The notes under the pieces were generated by a model that did not search any database, had not been told where the DNA came from, and was given only the letters and a program-made list of their open reading frames with translations. A program made the translations under genes and the position numbers. Of a stretch of 64,000 bases of DNA, positions 59,885 to 64,000 are shown piece after piece; positions within the stretch are counted from its first letter, which is position 1, and each line of letters begins with the position of its first letter. Location of the stretch: assembly GCA_030390025.1 (NCBI GenBank), contig CM059432.1, forward strand, positions 91,638,001-91,702,000. Direction: 5' to 3'. Source of the stretch: Squalus acanthias (lineage: Eukaryota).

Positions 59885-62800
59885 AAATAAAAACAGAAAA
59901 TGCTGTTAATACTCAGCAGGTCAGGCAGCATCTGTGGAGAGAGAAACAGAGTTAATGGGCCGGATTTTGATACTGGGGCGGGTTGGGGTCGTGTTATCCG
60001 CTTTTCGTGTTGCCCACCCGAATCTGGATCGATGTGGGAGAATGATGCGATTTTAACTTAATTGGCCAATTGAGTTCCAACGTGTGGGAACCCATGGCCA
60101 ATGAGTTATTCCAGTCTGAAAGTCGCCTCCGATGATGTCATCATTGCTGCTGCATGCAAGGTCTGCAACAAGCCTTGCTTCTTCTGCAGACTGCCAACCA
60201 TTTGGACTTGTATCTCCGAGGCAACTACAGGAGGAATGGCCAGCCAAAGACACAGGTCTGCTCCCAGGTTCGATGACATTGCCCTGCAAGCTTTAGTGGA
60301 GGGAGCAAGAGGCAACAAAGAGGTGCTCTTCCCTTCCTCAGGGAGGAAGAAGCCTCTCCAGCAGACCAAGGCTGTGTGGGTCCAGGTCACCCAGGACCTT
60401 CAGTGCAGGAAGAGGTTTCATGACCTTCTACGCACTGCAAAAGTGAGTATGACTTTCCCTTCACCCTCAATCTGATCCCCATTGCCTCTCCTCACCAGCA
60501 CTCAGCTTTAGCAACCTCTTCCTCCATATCCCACTTGACACTGACATCCATGCACCCTTACCCATTCCCTCTCCCTCTATGGTCACATTCACCTTACTAT
60601 TCGACTATGCAGCCCTCACACTCCCTATCACTGTCATGCTATGAAAACAACTTACAACACACAGGGAGGGCCCTTGGTCTTGCCACCTCACTCCATCTTT
60701 GTCTCCTTCTAAGCATCTATGCTATGGATTCTCTACACTCACTCCTTCAAACTCACTCAAACTCCACTTGTCTCCCTCATTGCAGGAAAAGAGAGCTCAC
60801 AATAAAAGGGCAAGAGCCAGGATGAGGGCCACCTTCATTAGCCCAGCTCACCCCCTGGGAGGATGCGGTTCTGGAGATCATGGGAGTGGAGGAAGCTGCA
60901 ACATCTGAGGGCGCCGCGTCAGCAGAATTCAGCGCACCCAGCACCAGCGCAGAGACTCACACCTCGGTGGGACCCTCGGGACATAGAGTAGTGTTGTCAC
61001 CTGGTGTAGCACAGCTCACAAGTGAGCATCAGCAGATGGTGGAGACAGGGACAGCAGTGGAGAGTCCTAGTCGGAGGGCGCAGGACTCTGCCAGCTCGGC
61101 TCAGCGGCATGTCGACCCTCTGCCTCTGGGTCCATCCACAAGATCAGCGGTGCTGGAACTCCAGGAACAGATGCAGGAGTCTCGGACAGGTTTTGTCTCC
61201 AGCGTCGCTGCGAGTGTGGAGCGAATGGAGGAGTCCATTGCGAACATGAGCAGAGCCTTTGTGGAATCATTGGCGCATGAATGCATCACCATGGAAAGGA
61301 TGGCAACCTCCGTGCAAATGATGGCAACCTCCGTCAAAAGGATGGCTACAGTAGTTGAAGAGGATGGCTACAGTCATGGAGGAGGTAAGTCGCCAGAGTG
61401 CAGAAAACATGGTGAGTGTTCAGAATAGAATGACATCTCTGGAGGAGCGATGGTCATCTATTGAACACAGAAACCAGACCTTCATGGAAGTCCTTCTGAG
61501 TAGGCCTTCCAGTGCAGATACGGGTCCCCATGGCCCCCCTGATGTGCAGCAAGGTGCTCTCAATCCACTTGCAAGCGCTGAGGTGGACCTGACCCATGAG
61601 AGGGATGATGGTGGCAGAGAACAAGGAGGTGGGGGCTCCTCTCCAAGCGCTCACACTTCCATGCCACTGACAAGCCCTCGGTCAGAGCCCCACCAGAGTC
61701 TGCACCCAACTGAGATTGGCGTCTCAACCCCTGCACAGCAGCAGGAGCAGCAGACTGTTGGCGAGCCCTCACAGGTTCGCAACCCCAGGAGGACGCCCAC
61801 CAAAGGTGTCGAGACAGGAGCAGCAACAAACTGAGCAGGGGGCCTCCACCTCTGCTGAAGCCACAGGGGAAGCACCATGTAGGAGCACGTGTAAGAGAAA
61901 GATACTGCACAAATAGTCACAAGGGTAGTCACTTGGGTGAAATTTGATGTTTAATGTAAAAAAGTCATCAGATGTTAAGTGTAAAAAAAAACTCTGATGG
62001 CTACTGCTGCAGTTGTGGCGTCTGTCATTTCACTAATGAGACTTCCACAATGAGGCCTTAGGATAACTTGCACTTGTCAGTATGGTGGTCAAATTGTTAG
62101 GGATCCGTTGGTTCTTGGCCATTGTCGAAGCTCTGGTAAGAAGCTGCGAGGCAAAAGTGCTCGATTGTCTAGGCTGAGCAAATCTGGCCAAGATGAGTGC
62201 ATTCCGTGAAGCTATGGTCTCGCGTAATGCTGCCGCTGGTTGATGGGACTCTGCAAGTTGTTCGTTCTCTCTCTCCTCCTGCTCCTCCACCTCCTCCTCA
62301 TCTGAGGAGGATGTGAAGAGCCACTTGGTCCTCCGGCATCTGCAAGTCACGACGCTGTGCCATGTTGTGAAATGCACAGCAAACCACGACGATTCTGGAG
62401 ACCCTGGCTGCTGAGTATTGCAGGGCTCCACCTGATCTATCCAGGCATCTGAAGCGCATCTTCAGCATACCGATGGTTTGCTCGATTATGGCTCTGGTGG
62501 AAATGTGGCTGGAGTTGTAGCTCTCCTCAGCTGCGTTGGATGGGCTCCTCAACGGCGTCATTAGCCACGTCTTCAGGGGATAGCCCGTCTCCAAGTAGCC
62601 ATCCGTTAAGTTGGTCTGGCGGACTGAATAGCGGAGGCACACTAGACTGGCGCAGTATGAAGGAGTCATGGCAACTGCCAGGGTACTTGGCACAAACATG
62701 CAGAACTTCCTTCTTGTGGTCACACACCAGCTGAACGTTGAGGGTGTGGAAGCCCTTGCGGTTGACAAAAATACCTGGATTGCGATGGGGTGCCTTAAGA

Positions 62801-64000
62801 GCCACATGTGTGCAGTCAACGACGCCCTGCACCCTTGGAAAGCCTGCCAGATTAGCTTATCCAACCGCACGCGCCGTGACACTTGCTCGATCCTTGGTGA
62901 AATGGATGTGATTGTGCGGGATGGCAAGGAGGGCATCGGTTACCTGCGTGATGCAGGTGTGTGTGGCCGCCTGGGAGATGCCGCTGATGATCCCTGGAAT
63001 GAGCCTGAGGCAAAAAAGTTGAGTGCGGTGGTGACTTTGACGGCCACTGGTAAGGGGTGTCCACCTGGTCCTCTGGGCTCCAGGTCTTGTTGCAGCATTG
63101 CACAGATGTCACCCACTACCTCTCGCGAAAGTCGGAGCCGCCTTTGGCACTGCTGCTCAGACAGGTTGAGATAGCTGACCCTGTGTCTGTAGACCCTGTT
63201 TGGGGGGTATCTCCTGCGCCGACGGCCTTCCATGCGCTGGTCTGTGCAGCTTCAGGCGGGTGAGCAGCAGCTTGGCGCTCCTGTTGTTGGTGCTGCTGTT
63301 GGTGCTGCTGTTGTTCATGGTTCTGCTGCTGCCACGGCTGGTGTCGTCCTCATCTGATGCCCAGGAGGGAAGGAAATAAATGGCTCCCATGCCTCTGGTA
63401 TATGCCTCAGTTGAGGAAGCGCTCAATGAGGGCGGCGAGAGGGGTTTCCCAGGAGGTCACACTGGAGATGGGTGTCAGGCTCAAAACTTCCAGAGCTGTG
63501 GTTATGCCTTCTAAAAGTTCCCCCAGACCTGTGACAACAAAGTTCTGCCACCTGCAAATGATGGCTGATCAAATCTCCTATTTAATGGTTGAGCTGCAGC
63601 TGAGAGTCAGCAATCCACTTGTGCTCCCGCCAGGTTTCACCGGCGTGTTTCAGATCAGGAGTGCTTCATGTGGGAAAAGGGTTAAACTAGCAAATAACTA
63701 TCAAAATGGCATTACAGAGCCAATTTAGGGCTTGTTAAGGGCATTAATGGCCTCTCCCGCCTCTTGGAGGCGGGACCAGCAGACACGATTTCATCAAAAT
63801 TGCGTGGAGGCGGGATGGAGGCAGGTTTGGGCCCACCCGCCAGTTTCTTCAATTTTAACCCCCCACACGCCTCCAATCCCGCCTCAATGGCCCTATCAAA
63901 ATCCAGCCCAATGTTTCCATTAACTCTTTCTCTCTCCACAGATGCTGCCTGACTGCTGAGTATTTCCAGCATTTTCTGTTTATTTCAGATTTCCAGCATC
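59885..64000. repeat. Penelope pseudo-LTR-derived inverted repeat whose loop carries the Harbinger insertion
   Basis: 59889-59956 (CAGCATCTGTGGAGAGAGAAACAGAGTTAA) is the reverse complement of ~63918-63985 and matches 6470-6530. Confidence 0.7.
59957..63909. mobile_element. Full-length Harbinger transposon: Myb/SANT-like gene on plus (from ~60236), transposase on minus (~63380-62180, frameshifted)
   Basis: TIRs GGGCCGGATTTT / AAAATCCAGCCC; TSD AAT; RSAPRFDDIALQALVE...[32 protein letters not shown] and RAIIEQTIGMLKMRFRCLD motifs. Confidence 0.9.

Overview
Vertebrate genomic DNA, very likely a cartilaginous fish (shark-type HE1/V-SINE, Deu-domain SINE tails and CR1 tails). It is dominated by transposable elements. 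The host gene is adenosine deaminase (ADA) on the minus strand: four exons are visible (48784-48683, 48582-48515, 35438-35309, 20266-20159; equivalent to human exons 8-11), separated by introns that are mostly TE-bloated. The most striking object is an 8.36-kb endogenous retrovirus-like insertion (25098-33455, 4-bp TSD TACC) in the last ADA intron. It has 1.7-kb LTRs, a perfect 18-nt tRNA-Arg primer-binding site, and a coiled-coil/late-domain/CCHC Gag. It has no pol: Gag instead reads through a UGA-CUAG stop into an unknown 387-codon ORF. Its env-like ORF places an immunoglobulin-like domain in front of a furin-cleaved, F-protein-like (lokiretrovirus-type) fusogen. Its right end is an inverted LTR joined tail-to-tail through the PBS, so the element ends in two U3 termini and contains a ~633-bp near-perfect hairpin. 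A related solo LTR (52529-54205, TSD TCGT) confirms the LTR boundaries. Other elements include a near-full-length, 5'-inverted CR1 with a monomer-repeat 5'UTR and a U_UUA_AAC slippery site at the ORF1/ORF2 junction, Penelope elements with minimal hammerhead ribozymes, a decayed Tx1-like LINE, several Harbinger transposons/MITEs, and many LINE/SINE fragments. Family assignments come from motif recognition by eye; no database searches were run.
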